Assembly: GCA_023442905.1 (NCBI GenBank)
Contig: JAEZWY010000230.1
Location: 1-54,575, forward strand
Length of the DNA: 54,575 nucleotides
DNA from: Bacillota bacterium
GTDB lineage: Bacteria > Bacillota > Bacilli > Lactobacillales > Aerococcaceae
Direction of reading: 5' to 3'
A program made the position numbers and the translations under genes. Positions 1 to 9,227 of the stretch are shown here, piece by piece; position 1 is the first letter of the stretch, and every line of letters begins with the position of its first letter. A model generated the notes under the pieces. The model was not told the DNA's origin. It saw only the letters and a program-made list of their open reading frames with translations, and did not search any database.

Positions 1-302
1 GAAGGGAGAATACCATGCAGGGAATGAAAAGCACGGGAAAATAAATCGGCCGAAGTATAGCCATATTTGACGGCTACATCAATTATTCTCAAATCCTTAT
101 CTTTTAAATCAGTTGCAGCCAACGACAGTCTTCTTCTCCGAATATATTCTGATAAACTTATACCTGCTAAAAATGAAAACATCCGCTTAAAATGATACTC
201 TGAACAGTAAGCAATTTTAGATACTTCACTATAGTCAATTTCCTCTGTTAAGAGCTCTTCAATATATGCCAATGCATTAATCATACTTCTTAAAGAATCC
301 AT
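1..302 (-). CDS. AraC-family transcriptional regulator (Rob/YdeE-like), 5' part, runs off the window
   Basis: Manual translation from ATG at 302: [16 protein letters not shown]...[31 protein letters not shown]...[36 protein letters not shown] upstream. Confidence 0.88.
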   Translation of the reverse strand, partial: MDSLRSMINALAYIEELLTEEIDYSEVSKIAYCSEYHFKRMFSFLAGISLSEYIRRRRLSLAATDLKDKDLRIIDVAVKYGYTSADLFSRAFHSLHGILP

Positions 303-439
303 TGAACAACCTCCTTTCATCATCAACATTATCAAAGGGTGCGTTTTTCTATCCGACAATCTGTGCACAATATAGTCGAGTCTGTTTCATAGTAGGATAA
401 ATATTTACACTATTGCAGACAGGAAACATATCGACTAAA

Positions 440-1600
440 TCACAAAAATAAATTGATTTTTGGTGCTTGCTCATAAGCCTTACCAGATTTGTCTCTTGCA
501 GCATTCTTTAATCCAAATCCGATACCCATTCCAATTCGCAATGCTTCTGGACCATGGATATTTGCATAATATGTGTAAGCCATCTGTGTTTCTTCATCCC
601 ACGCTTTCCATAATGAAGGGCTAAGTACCATATTCTCAGAATACAAAGGTAAAACCATATTTATATAAAACTTGAGTTTATCTATGGAAGCTGTTTCAAG
701 CTGATCAAACAATTTGTCATAAATATACTTCTCTGATTCAAGACAACTTAACAGCAGCCACGATTGCGTCTTCTCTGGAAAAGTAGTAATTGCAATTCTA
801 TGCATAATTCCTTTTATTGTATGTTTAATTCTTTTACCATTTAAATCGTAGTCAGGAGCAATGTACACATAGCCAGCAAACTTTATTTGTTCTGGAATCC
901 TAATTACACAAGTTGTAATACCTTCGAAAGTATTGCTCATTAATTGCCTATCATAATGCTGCTTCACAGGTTCAAATTCCTTTTTCTTAAGCTGAAACAT
1001 TCTGTACATTCCAATCATTTCTGGAGATTGAAAAGCAGTCGGATTTTCTTTAAAATTATTTTGAAATATATCAAATGCCATCATTTGCTTGTAATATTCA
1101 AAAATAAAAGCTTTATATGCATAAACAAATTTCATTTTTTCACTTGTTTCATCAAGATCAGGAGCCCCTTTTTCTATAACAGAAAATGCTACATTATCAT
1201 GATAATCACAGAAACAAGTTTCCGTAGTTGCGTCATTTGCGCTGACTTTACTCATCTCCACTATAGGTACTACTTCACCATTATCTAAAGGGATAAGGAG
1301 AGGTTGCTTTTTTGTGTTTAACATGTATACATGACGTTCTGAACCTGCTAATAAAGAAATAATTTTGTTATTCTGTAGTGCATGAGCCTCTTTGATTCTA
1401 CCTTTGCATTTTTCTTTATCCGGATGCATACAACTCTTCTTCATCGAAGATCTCATTTTTTCCATTATCAGAACTTCAGCTGGTTTTTTAGAAGGTTTTA
1501 TTATCAATGACTCTTTTCCCTTACAGCATTCTTGAAAACTTTTATTGCTACCACATGGGCATTGTTCACTACCTTTTAATTTAAATTTTGATAAAAACAA
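440..1600 (-). CDS. SEC-C motif protein with possible HNH-like Zn-binding nuclease region; putative defence cargo
   Basis: N-terminal CPCGSNKSFQECC (SEC-C), then C..C..AHALQ and FCDYHDN. Confidence 0.6.
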   Translation of the reverse strand: MFLSKFKLKGSEQCPCGSNKSFQECCKGKESLIIKPSKKPAEVLIMEKMRSSMKKSCMHPDKEKCKGRIKEAHALQNNKIISLLAGSERHVYMLNTKKQPLLIPLDNGEVVPIVEMSKVSANDATTETCFCDYHDNVAFSVIEKGAPDLDETSEKMKFVYAYKAFIFEYYKQMMAFDIFQNNFKENPTAFQSPEMIGMYRMFQLKKKEFEPVKQHYDRQLMSNTFEGITTCVIRIPEQIKFAGYVYIAPDYDLNGKRIKHTIKGIMHRIAITTFPEKTQSWLLLSCLESEKYIYDKLFDQLETASIDKLKFYINMVLPLYSENMVLSPSLWKAWDEETQMAYTYYANIHGPEALRIGMGIGFGLKNAARDKSGKAYEQAPKINLFL

Positions 1601-1627
1601 AACTCCTCCACCTTATCTACAGCAATT

Positions 1628-2050
1628 TTAACTTTCATTTATAATACTGTATAATATTTTAATTATCCTAGGTCCATAATTATCAAAAATAATCTCCCAA
1701 GTTCCATCATCTGCAAACGGAAGAACAATTCCCTCAGAATCTTCTAAACAGAATTGATAGGCATCTCTGTGCATCATTTTATTTCTAATACCTCTCACAC
1801 CGAATTCATTGTTTGAAAGGAATTCATAATCATCTTCAGACAACAAACCATTCTTTTGTAAGTGGGATAAATCCTGCGAAAAATTTTGGATATAATTTTC
1901 TCTTACGGACTTGCAAATAAGCTCCGTTGCATTGTACAAAACTAATGTAGCTGCATAATCTTCTCCCTCATTATGTAATCGGACTGCTGTTGCTAACATG
2001 TCACCGTAGTAATTAGAATATTGCCAAATTCTCTGTATCATCTTATCCAT
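1628..2050 (-). CDS. Hypothetical protein, HEPN-like
   Basis: 140 aa, helical-looking, with RNKMMH (Rx4H). Confidence 0.45.
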   Translation of the reverse strand: MDKMIQRIWQYSNYYGDMLATAVRLHNEGEDYAATLVLYNATELICKSVRENYIQNFSQDLSHLQKNGLLSEDDYEFLSNNEFGVRGIRNKMMHRDAYQFCLEDSEGIVLPFADDGTWEIIFDNYGPRIIKILYSIINES

Positions 2051-2118
2051 ATCTTTAACAACTCACCCTTATATACTTTTTCCCCTGTCAGACCTTAAAA
2101 AAATATCGCACAAAGAAC

Positions 2119-2703
2119 TTACATTCTTCTATGCCTATCCATATCATCCTTATAGACATCTAGTATCCTTTTATATTCTTTGGGATTATCATTCTCACAA
2201 TCTAACTGAACAACCCTATCAGCAAATTCTGCGAAGGCATCTGGATTGTACCAAGGCTCTTTAATAGTTAAATAAATTATTTTTTTAGTTTTTTGACGCT
2301 TTGTCAGTTCTTTAATCATTTGGATTTCATCTTCATTTTTAGTAACACTTTGAATTGGCCATATAATCATAAAATCAAACTCATAATTATCATATTTTCC
2401 ACTATAACTTTTAGTAGTGAGATTATCAAAGTAAAGTGTTAGATTAGATAATTTCATAGCCTCTCCGTATTTTTTTGGCACTTTTACTTTAAATAGCTCT
2501 GCCCACCTGAAAAAGTTTTTCATTCCATCTCTCGCTGTATGGATAAGGAGTATTATACCTTTCAAATTACCATGTTTGTTAAGAGCCTTTAATAACACCT
2601 GATGCTTTTCAGTATCAGCTATACCACGTAACAAAAGTGATTTCTCATTATCATTGCTAATAAATTCAGATATTTGATCATACGCTTTCTTCGCATCCGT
2701 CAT
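2119..2703 (-). CDS. Hypothetical protein (possibly degenerate P-loop-like fold)
   Basis: 194-aa ORF with RBS AAGGGGAG. SLLLRG near the N-terminus but no intact Walker A. Confidence 0.5.
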   Translation of the reverse strand: MTDAKKAYDQISEFISNDNEKSLLLRGIADTEKHQVLLKALNKHGNLKGIILLIHTARDGMKNFFRWAELFKVKVPKKYGEAMKLSNLTLYFDNLTTKSYSGKYDNYEFDFMIIWPIQSVTKNEDEIQMIKELTKRQKTKKIIYLTIKEPWYNPDAFAEFADRVVQLDCENDNPKEYKRILDVYKDDMDRHRRM

Positions 2704-2763
2704 CTGATATCACTCCCCTTTACATTATTGTATATGGGCATGAATCTTCGGTCAATTTAATAT

Positions 2764-2796
2764 AAATAAAAGCCCATGCCTTTTCCGACATGGGCT
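2764..2796 (-). terminator. Intrinsic terminator after recombinase operon
   Basis: AGCCCATG/CATGGGCT stem followed by a T-rich tract on the - strand. Confidence 0.65.
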
Positions 2797-2811
2797 CGTC
2801 GGGTATTCAGA

Positions 2812-4380
2812 TTATACTTCTTTGATAATTTCAATTCCTGACTTAAATTCAATTGTTAATTGTCTTTCATGTATCATTATTTTTTCAATCAATCTCCTTA
2901 CTAATAAGTCGTCATACGCTTCAAGTTGCTGTGGTTGCCCTTTTAAAAACTTTGCCATTTCTTCAATCCGCTGCTTAAGTCCTTCCCTGGCTGCATTTTT
3001 CATCATAACTTCTTGCTTCAGTTCCCGTAATCGGTATATTTCTTCTGCTACATCATCGTAATCTTCTTTTGAATTTGCGAGGCTGAGCAGTTCCATTTGG
3101 AGTTCTTCTAACTTTTCGTCAATATCAGATGTTGGTTTATCCGCATTTTCATTCAAAACTGCTTCAATATTTTCTATTAATATTTTCAAGTATTTATCTT
3201 TGTTGCCCAAGACTTCATTAACGGCTTGTACTATGACTTGGTGTAGTTCATCTTCTCTGATTGTTTCTGCATTGCAAAGATGTGTTTTTCTTTCTAGTCT
3301 ACTTACGCAGCGCCACACAATGGATCTGTATCCGCGGTTATTCCAATGTACCCTTCGGAAAACATCTTCACATTCTTTGCAAAAGACAATGCTCGACAAG
3401 GCATACTTGCTGCTATACACTCGTTTCTTTCCAGTTTTTCCGTTTCGAATATTTGCCCTTCGCATCATTTCTTCTTGAACTTGTAGGTAAATCTCTCTTG
3501 GAATGATTGGTTCGTGGTTATTTTCAACATAATATTGAGGGACATGTCCGTTATTTACAACTCGCTTCTTGGTTAAGAAATCTACAGTATATGTCTTTTG
3601 AAGTAATGCATCCCCGATATACTTTTCGTTTTGGAGAATCTTTTTAATCGACTCTGGCCGCCACTTAGATCGTTTAGCTGCGGTAAGTATTTCATCCGCT
3701 TCAAGTCCACGTGCAATTTGAACCAAGCTGGCCCCTTCTAAATATTCTCGGTAAATTCGTTTAACGATTTTTGCTTGTTCTGGATTGATGACTAATTTGT
3801 TATGTTCATCTTTTGTATAGCCTAGAAAACGATTATGGTTTACCTGCACCTCGCCTTGCTGATATCGGTATTGAATACCAAGTTTGACGTTTTGACTTAG
3901 CGACTGACTTTCCTGTTGTGCAAGTGATGCCATGATGGTGAGCATTATTTCACCTTTGGCATCCATTGTATTAATGTTTTCCTTTTCAAAAAATACAGGT
4001 ATTTCTTTATCTTTCAATTGCCTAATATATTTTAAACAATCCAGCGTGTTTCTCGCAAATCGACTGATGGATTTAGTAATGATCATGTCAATTTTTCCAC
4101 TCATACTATCTTCAATCATTTTATTAAACTTCTCGCGCTTTTTTGTATTTGTTCCAGATATTCCATCATCCGCATAAATACCTGCCAACTCCCATTCAGG
4201 ATTGTTTTGTATATAAGTAGTGTAGTGTTCCACTTGAACTTCATAACTGGTTGCCTGTTCATCACTGTCTGTTGAAACCCGACAATAAGCAGCAACTCTT
4301 AATTTTTTCTTTTCTTCAGTATCATCGTTTCTCATCCTTCTTCTCGCTGGAATGACTGTGACACTTCTTGCTAAGGCCAT
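2812..4380 (-). CDS. Large serine recombinase (resolvase + recombinase + Zn ribbon)
   Basis: AAYCRVST catalytic motif, [13 protein letters not shown]...WRC Zn ribbon, C-terminal coiled coil. Confidence 0.95.
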   Translation of the reverse strand: MALARSVTVIPARRRMRNDDTEEKKKLRVAAYCRVSTDSDEQATSYEVQVEHYTTYIQNNPEWELAGIYADDGISGTNTKKREKFNKMIEDSMSGKIDMIITKSISRFARNTLDCLKYIRQLKDKEIPVFFEKENINTMDAKGEIMLTIMASLAQQESQSLSQNVKLGIQYRYQQGEVQVNHNRFLGYTKDEHNKLVINPEQAKIVKRIYREYLEGASLVQIARGLEADEILTAAKRSKWRPESIKKILQNEKYIGDALLQKTYTVDFLTKKRVVNNGHVPQYYVENNHEPIIPREIYLQVQEEMMRRANIRNGKTGKKRVYSSKYALSSIVFCKECEDVFRRVHWNNRGYRSIVWRCVSRLERKTHLCNAETIREDELHQVIVQAVNEVLGNKDKYLKILIENIEAVLNENADKPTSDIDEKLEELQMELLSLANSKEDYDDVAEEIYRLRELKQEVMMKNAAREGLKQRIEEMAKFLKGQPQQLEAYDDLLVRRLIEKIMIHERQLTIEFKSGIEIIKEV

Positions 4381-4381
4381 T

Positions 4382-4798
4382 TTAAGTCACCTCTTCTTTG
4401 ATTAAACTATATACATATTCTGCTTGTTTAATTGGATTGTCGTATTTGTTTTCCAATTTTCCGATTGTAAATGCGAATGGTGGTGTAAATGATTCTTCCT
4501 CTTTTGTTCTATTTAATCGACCTAGCTTCTTCGCTCGTTTAAACCTCTCTTCTTTCAACTGTTCAAATTGCTCTTTTGAAATTAATCTAGGAAATATTTC
4601 ATTCCCTAGATACCTTTCATCTGTTAATATTCTAGTAATTCCGCCATGTGACCGATTAATACCAGAATATTTTGCTGCATTAGCTAAAGATTTACCAGAT
4701 AAGTATGACTGAATTAAAAGCTTTAATTGCTCAGCTTCTTTGGCATGAACTTCAATTTTTCCGTTTACTATTGCATATCCAAAAGGTGTATGTGCCAT
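4382..4798 (-). CDS. Small recombinase-domain protein lacking the catalytic domain
   Basis: TPFGY...ILTDERYLG...[10 protein letters not shown] resembles the DNA-binding recombinase domain. Lies between two LSR genes. Confidence 0.75.
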   Translation of the reverse strand: MAHTPFGYAIVNGKIEVHAKEAEQLKLLIQSYLSGKSLANAAKYSGINRSHGGITRILTDERYLGNEIFPRLISKEQFEQLKEERFKRAKKLGRLNRTKEEESFTPPFAFTIGKLENKYDNPIKQAEYVYSLIKEEVT

Positions 4799-6360
4799 CA
4801 GCGCTTAACCCCCTCCCTTAATGTAATGCCACAATTCAAATGAAATCCTATCTCATTTGGTGAATATACGATTATCTTTTTTACAATGTCTTGAAAAGAT
4901 TCTTCATCAAATGCATCTATGAATTTTCCTTGCTTAAAATATATAATGAGCCGCTTCACTTCACTTAGCTGATTTGAACCGTCATTGATTAAATACAGTA
5001 ACTGCTCTCTTTCTTCTTTTAACTTCATGTGTCTTTGGGACAGTTCGATTTTCTGTTCATTAAAAATTGCTAGTTCCAAAAAACCTTTTGCCATTAATTG
5101 AATTAACGTATTAAGTTTGTCTTTTGTAACTTCGAGTTGCTCTTCAATTTCGGTAATTTTTTGATAGTTTTCATCTTGATTTGAAGTTTCTAGTTGTTTG
5201 GATAGTGAGGTTAAAACATAACTATATCCAAACTTTAGTTTATTCATCATCGTTATAAATGCTTGATGAATATGTTCTTCCCTTATAAAAAGCATCGAAC
5301 ATTCATCTTTGTTTTTGATATGTGTTGAACAACACCAGGCGATATATTTTTTATGGGTGGAAGTATGAATTCGCCTTTTAAATGTATCGCCACATTCCGC
5401 ACATTCAATCTTTCCTGAAAAAGGATAGCGGTTTAAATATTTTCTACTTCCGACTGCTACATTCTTTTGACTCGCTTGATATTCCAGCATCTGATTAGCC
5501 GCTTCAAAATCAACATGTGTGATAATCGCTTCATGATGATTTTCGATTAGGTATTGATCAAGCTCACCTTGATTAACCTTTCGATTAAAATGTTCATCAG
5601 TAAAAGTCTTTTGAAGCAAAACATCTCCTGTATATTTTTCATTCTTAACAATTCCACGTATCGTAGAACCTGTCCAATTACCATTTCGCTTTGTTGGAAT
5701 TCTTTCTTCGTTTAGCTGCCTAGCAATGCGTTCAGTTCCCACTCCTTCAAGTACACTATTGAATATTCGCTTGACGACCTGTGCTTGTTCTTCATTTACA
5801 ACAACCTGTTCATCGATATAATCGTAACCGTAAGGCGGATACGATAATTTGTACGTTCCACGTTTGAATCGTTGCCTAATCGACCACTTACTGTTTTCTG
5901 AAAGTGACACTGATTCGTTTTCAGCAAGGCTACTTAAGATTGAAAGCATGAGTTCACTTTCCATCGAATTTGTATTGATGTTTTCTTTTTCAAAATAAAT
6001 GTGCACACCCAAGTCCATCAATTTTCTAACCAGTTCCAGGCAGTCAATCGTGTTTCTCGCAAATCGACTAATTGATTTTGTTAAAATGAGGTCAATCTTT
6101 CGTTTTTCACAATCAGATATTAAGCGAAGTAGTTCAGGTCGTCTGTCTTTTTTCGTTCCTGTGATACCCTCATCACTATAAATATCCACGAGCTGCCATT
6201 CATCATTCTTTTCGATTAAAGTTTTGTAGTGTCGTCTTTGGGCTTCTAAGCTAATCAGCTGTTCCTCGTTTGATGTCGATACACGTATATAGGCAGCGAC
6301 TTTTTGTTTCGGTTTTACTACTGAAGATGTTGTCACATCAAGTGTTGTTATCTTTCTCAT
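4798..6360 (-). CDS. Large serine recombinase
   Basis: [27 protein letters not shown]...WCC. Start placed at MRKITTL (RBS AAGGAGGG); the ORF track extends to 6390. Confidence 0.95.
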   Translation of the reverse strand: MRKITTLDVTTSSVVKPKQKVAAYIRVSTSNEEQLISLEAQRRHYKTLIEKNDEWQLVDIYSDEGITGTKKDRRPELLRLISDCEKRKIDLILTKSISRFARNTIDCLELVRKLMDLGVHIYFEKENINTNSMESELMLSILSSLAENESVSLSENSKWSIRQRFKRGTYKLSYPPYGYDYIDEQVVVNEEQAQVVKRIFNSVLEGVGTERIARQLNEERIPTKRNGNWTGSTIRGIVKNEKYTGDVLLQKTFTDEHFNRKVNQGELDQYLIENHHEAIITHVDFEAANQMLEYQASQKNVAVGSRKYLNRYPFSGKIECAECGDTFKRRIHTSTHKKYIAWCCSTHIKNKDECSMLFIREEHIHQAFITMMNKLKFGYSYVLTSLSKQLETSNQDENYQKITEIEEQLEVTKDKLNTLIQLMAKGFLELAIFNEQKIELSQRHMKLKEEREQLLYLINDGSNQLSEVKRLIIYFKQGKFIDAFDEESFQDIVKKIIVYSPNEIGFHLNCGITLREGVKR

Positions 6361-6413
6361 CCACTGACCCTCCTTTCTTGTACGTGACATATTAGCGTTA
6401 GAACACTGTTATA

Positions 6414-6641
6414 TCAAGGTTTATCGCACATTAAAGGGCCTAATAAAGGGGTGAATTTCTGACGATTTAATTTGTTTATTTGATTGAATTCTTCCTTTGA
6501 AATGAGTTCTTTTTCACGTAGTTTCATGAGCATTTTTTCAGCAAGATGATAATGAAGTTCGTTTTGAAGTTGTCCTTCAGTTGGTTTTGATGGTTTATGA
6601 TTAGGTGTTTGATGCTCAGATGAGAGTTGTGTCATTCGCAT
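6414..6641 (-). CDS. SHOCT-like small protein upstream of the recombinases
   Basis: LREKELISKEEFNQI pattern. RBS AGGAGG. Confidence 0.65.
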   Translation of the reverse strand: MRMTQLSSEHQTPNHKPSKPTEGQLQNELHYHLAEKMLMKLREKELISKEEFNQINKLNRQKFTPLLGPLMCDKP

Positions 6642-6667
6642 ATGGTTTTCCTCCTAAATAGTCTTCT

Positions 6668-6701
6668 ACCTATATGCGAAAAAAAGTGGGAATTCGAACC
6701 C
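6668..6701 (-). promoter_or_regulatory. Bipartite phage promoter motif, copy 1
   Basis: GGGTTCGAA-N12-TTCGCATATAGGT. Same spacing at 40502-40535 and 44720-44753. Confidence 0.7.
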
Positions 6702-6728
6702 TTATTTCTGTAATATGTTGATTAATAG

Positions 6729-6758
6729 TTGATATGTAATTGAAGTTCTAGATATAAT
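6729..6758 (+). promoter_or_regulatory. Sigma-A-like promoter pointing into cassette site A
   Basis: TTGATA-N18-TATAAT. Confidence 0.45.
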
Positions 6759-6770
6759 GAAAGTAGATTA

Positions 6771-6796
6771 TTCAACAAACGGGCCATTTTGCGGGA
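6771..6796 (+). repeat. 26-bp palindromic putative recombination site A
   Basis: TTCAACAAA CGGGCCAT TTTGCGGGA. Confidence 0.75.
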
Positions 6797-6804
6797 TAAA
6801 GACT

Positions 6805-6833
6805 AAGAAAACGCCCATTTTAGAATGGGCGTT
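6805..6833 (-). terminator. Terminator of the PadR-DUF6194 operon
   Basis: AACGCCCATT/AATGGGCGTT stem followed by TTTCTT on the - strand. Confidence 0.7.
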
Positions 6834-6860
6834 GGTAATATGTTCTCATGTAAATCCCGT

Positions 6861-7274
6861 CTAGTTTCGTTTTTTGCGTTGTAACCGTTTGTCTGCAACC
6901 GAATGCGCTTCATTGATCAATTGTTTTGTTTTTTCTACATTATCACCGACAGGATTAAGGATACACACAAAATGCTGCCGTGAATAGTGAGGATGCGGTA
7001 GAAACTCGTTTAGAATTGAATAATCGATGTCTCTTTCCAATTGATCACCCACCAGATTATTGAATGTTTCTTTGCTTACCCCTATATTAAGACGATACAC
7101 ACCTTCTCGATCAAGGTTAGACACATCATCATATTCGTTGTCTGAATCGGCAGTGGTAACAAAGGGTAAGCGATGATCGTTTCCTACAAAGAAGAACGAA
7201 TACCCAAAGGTCTCCTCCCTTTGAACATTTGGTAATCCATTAATAAATGCCTCAAAATCAGTCTGTTTCATCAT
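6861..7274 (-). CDS. DUF6194-like hypothetical protein
   Basis: SNLDREGVYRLNIGVSKETF and LPHPHY...CILNP motifs, recalled as this family. Confidence 0.55.
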   Translation of the reverse strand: MMKQTDFEAFINGLPNVQREETFGYSFFFVGNDHRLPFVTTADSDNEYDDVSNLDREGVYRLNIGVSKETFNNLVGDQLERDIDYSILNEFLPHPHYSRQHFVCILNPVGDNVEKTKQLINEAHSVADKRLQRKKRN

Positions 7275-7836
7275 TTTCCCTCCATTTTTTCGAGTTGAAT
7301 CTATATTTTCCCGCCTGAAGATTTCTCAATATGTTTTCTGTAGTAACAGCTTCATTTTTAACGTAGCCAACCCAAATGCCAACAAGTTCAGGATGTTTTG
7401 AAGGGTCAGGTGGAAACTCCTCTGTAGGCAACCCTTCTAAGAAATTGATAGACTTTTCAAGTTCAGCACGGCGTTGCTGTAAGAGCTCTATTACTTTCTC
7501 TCGGGGTACTGTATCCATGAAAGCAACCCCTACTGAAAATTCTTGAATATCGAAACTTACAAGTGCCGATTCAAGCAAATTTATAAATTCAGATTCTCCT
7601 TGCTGGGTAATAATATACTCTTTACGTGACGGTCCAATTTTCTTACTGTCATCTGATTTAATTGACTTAATCATTTCTAATGATTCAAGCTTATCTACAG
7701 CGTGATAAATAGACCCTGGTTTGACGCTAGTCCAAGAGTCAGCGTGCCAAGATGTGATATCGCTGTATACAGCGTATCCATAACTGACTCCCTTTCGAAA
7801 AATGGAGCCTAATACAAGTAATCTAACCGTGGACAT
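7258..7836 (-). CDS. PadR-family transcriptional regulator
   Basis: SYGY...VKPGSIYHAVDKLE...RKEYIITQQG winged-helix pattern. Confidence 0.88.
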   Translation of the reverse strand: MSTVRLLVLGSIFRKGVSYGYAVYSDITSWHADSWTSVKPGSIYHAVDKLESLEMIKSIKSDDSKKIGPSRKEYIITQQGESEFINLLESALVSFDIQEFSVGVAFMDTVPREKVIELLQQRRAELEKSINFLEGLPTEEFPPDPSKHPELVGIWVGYVKNEAVTTENILRNLQAGKYRFNSKKWRENDETD

Positions 7837-7863
7837 TAAATCCTCCTTTCTTAAGGTTTTCCT

Positions 7864-7937
7864 TATCTATTCAAATTTGTATAGATAGATTATATATTTT
7901 ATTATATGTGCGATAACTAGTCAAATTTGAATAGATA
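7864..7937. promoter_or_regulatory. Two palindromic operators upstream of padR
   Basis: TATCTATTCAAATTTGTATAGATA (7864-7887) and TAACTAGTCAAATTTGAATAGATA (7914-7937). Confidence 0.65.
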
Positions 7938-7950
7938 GTAAAAATGCTTC

Positions 7951-7976
7951 TTCCGCAATCGGGCACGATTGTGGAA
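7951..7976 (+). repeat. 26-bp palindromic putative recombination site B
   Basis: TTCCGCAAT CGGGCACG ATTGTGGAA, same orientation as site A. Confidence 0.75.
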
Positions 7977-7997
7977 GATCAAATAGTCATTTAAGTT

Positions 7998-8033
7998 ACA
8001 ACCGAAGAGTTTAACTACTCTTCGGTTGTTTTT
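7998..8033 (+). terminator. Intrinsic terminator (T-tract on +; may also stop the - strand lysis transcript)
   Basis: Perfect 13-bp stem ACAACCGAAGAGT/ACTCTTCGGTTGT followed by a T-run. Confidence 0.75.
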
Positions 8034-8035
8034 AT

Positions 8036-8743
8036 TTATTCATACTTCACAAACGCATCTTTAAACCCAGCTTTCTTTGCCTTTTCCAGCTGCTTATCAG
8101 CATTCTTTTTAACACTATACGCACCAATCTGTACACGATATAGTTTCTTTCCACCAGTTGATGGTTTAGATGTTGACGTACCTTTCGCTAATTCCTTCTT
8201 CACATCTGCCCTAAACGTATCCATTGACTTACCATGTTTTGAAAACCAATGACGTGGGTCGCCATGATTACTAGCGATTTTTTTCTGGTACCCTTCATAA
8301 TGGCCGATGATATTTTTCTCCGTCAGTTTGTATTGCCTACAAAGATAAGCAGCAAGTTCCACCGCTTCTTTATAAACTTTATTAAAGTAAGTTTTGTCGG
8401 TTAAATTATCTTCACAGATTTCAAAACCAATATGTGTATTGTTCGCATCTCCACCCGCATGCCAACCACGATGATTCCAAGGTAATGTTTGGTAAGTTGC
8501 AATCGATCCATCTTTTAACTTTCCGATAAAAGCATGAACACACACTTGTCTGCCATCTGGACGTGGCTGGTTCCAGTGATTGTTGTATTGATTCTTTCCT
8601 AACAAACCATCGTCTGGGCCAACGTAACGTTTTAAATTCGGATTGTTTGCCCCTGTGCTATGGACCATAATTCCCTTTGGTGTGATTTTCCTTCCAGCTT
8701 TGTAACAATCATTCTTCGTTAAATATAACTTTTTTAAATTCAT
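8036..8743 (-). CDS. Endolysin: N-acetylmuramoyl-L-alanine amidase (Amidase_2) + SPOR domain
   Basis: IMVHSTG, GWHAG, IGFEIC, IIGH, HGDP. C-terminal YRVQIGAYSVKKNA. Confidence 0.92.
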   Translation of the reverse strand: MNLKKLYLTKNDCYKAGRKITPKGIMVHSTGANNPNLKRYVGPDDGLLGKNQYNNHWNQPRPDGRQVCVHAFIGKLKDGSIATYQTLPWNHRGWHAGGDANNTHIGFEICEDNLTDKTYFNKVYKEAVELAAYLCRQYKLTEKNIIGHYEGYQKKIASNHGDPRHWFSKHGKSMDTFRADVKKELAKGTSTSKPSTGGKKLYRVQIGAYSVKKNADKQLEKAKKAGFKDAFVKYE

Positions 8744-9150
8744 GATTCATTTCCTCCTTTATTGTGTAACTGAGCAAGTGCATTTTTCAACTTCTCAGGT
8801 ATTGGTAAACCCAAGCGTGAAGCATTTTCTAGCATGGAAATCCCTTCATTCGAGCAATAAAAAAAGATGACTGCTGTTCTAAGAACGCTGCCATCCCCTA
8901 TTAAATGTGTGTCAATCATATGCCCGACACCTACCAGTATAAAAATTAATACCTTCTTAAATATCCCTCGGTAACCAATCTCACTAGACAGTTCCTTATC
9001 AACAATTGCACACATAATTCCAGTGATATAATCAGCAACAACCAATATGATCAAGGCATACAAAAAGCCATCTAACCCTCCTAAAAACCAACCAATAAAT
9101 CCGCCTAGTGCTGTCACGATAATCTGTATCCAGTTCCATATATCCTTCAT
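8740..9150 (-). CDS. Phage holin (holin_4_1 / toxin secretion family)
   Basis: DYITG...SSEIGYRGIFKK...NEGISMLEN...LGLPIP, TM segments, next to the lysin. Confidence 0.92.
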   Translation of the reverse strand: MKDIWNWIQIIVTALGGFIGWFLGGLDGFLYALIILVVADYITGIMCAIVDKELSSEIGYRGIFKKVLIFILVGVGHMIDTHLIGDGSVLRTAVIFFYCSNEGISMLENASRLGLPIPEKLKNALAQLHNKGGNES

Positions 9151-9227
9151 TGAAAATTTCCCCCTTCAATTTTAAAAAACATCTATATTAAATAGGTATC
9201 CACATTTAGTAGACACCCTTGAATTGT

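Noticed and set aside
30..50. Suspected frameshift in the AraC gene
   Set aside because: On rechecking, the frame is continuous ([14 protein letters not shown]).
6842..6868. Possible fifth CGGG cassette site at the end of the DUF6194 gene (GAAACTAGA-CGGGATTT-ACATGAGAA)
   Set aside because: The arms are not inverted repeats and do not match the TTCAACAA/TTGTGGAA consensus.
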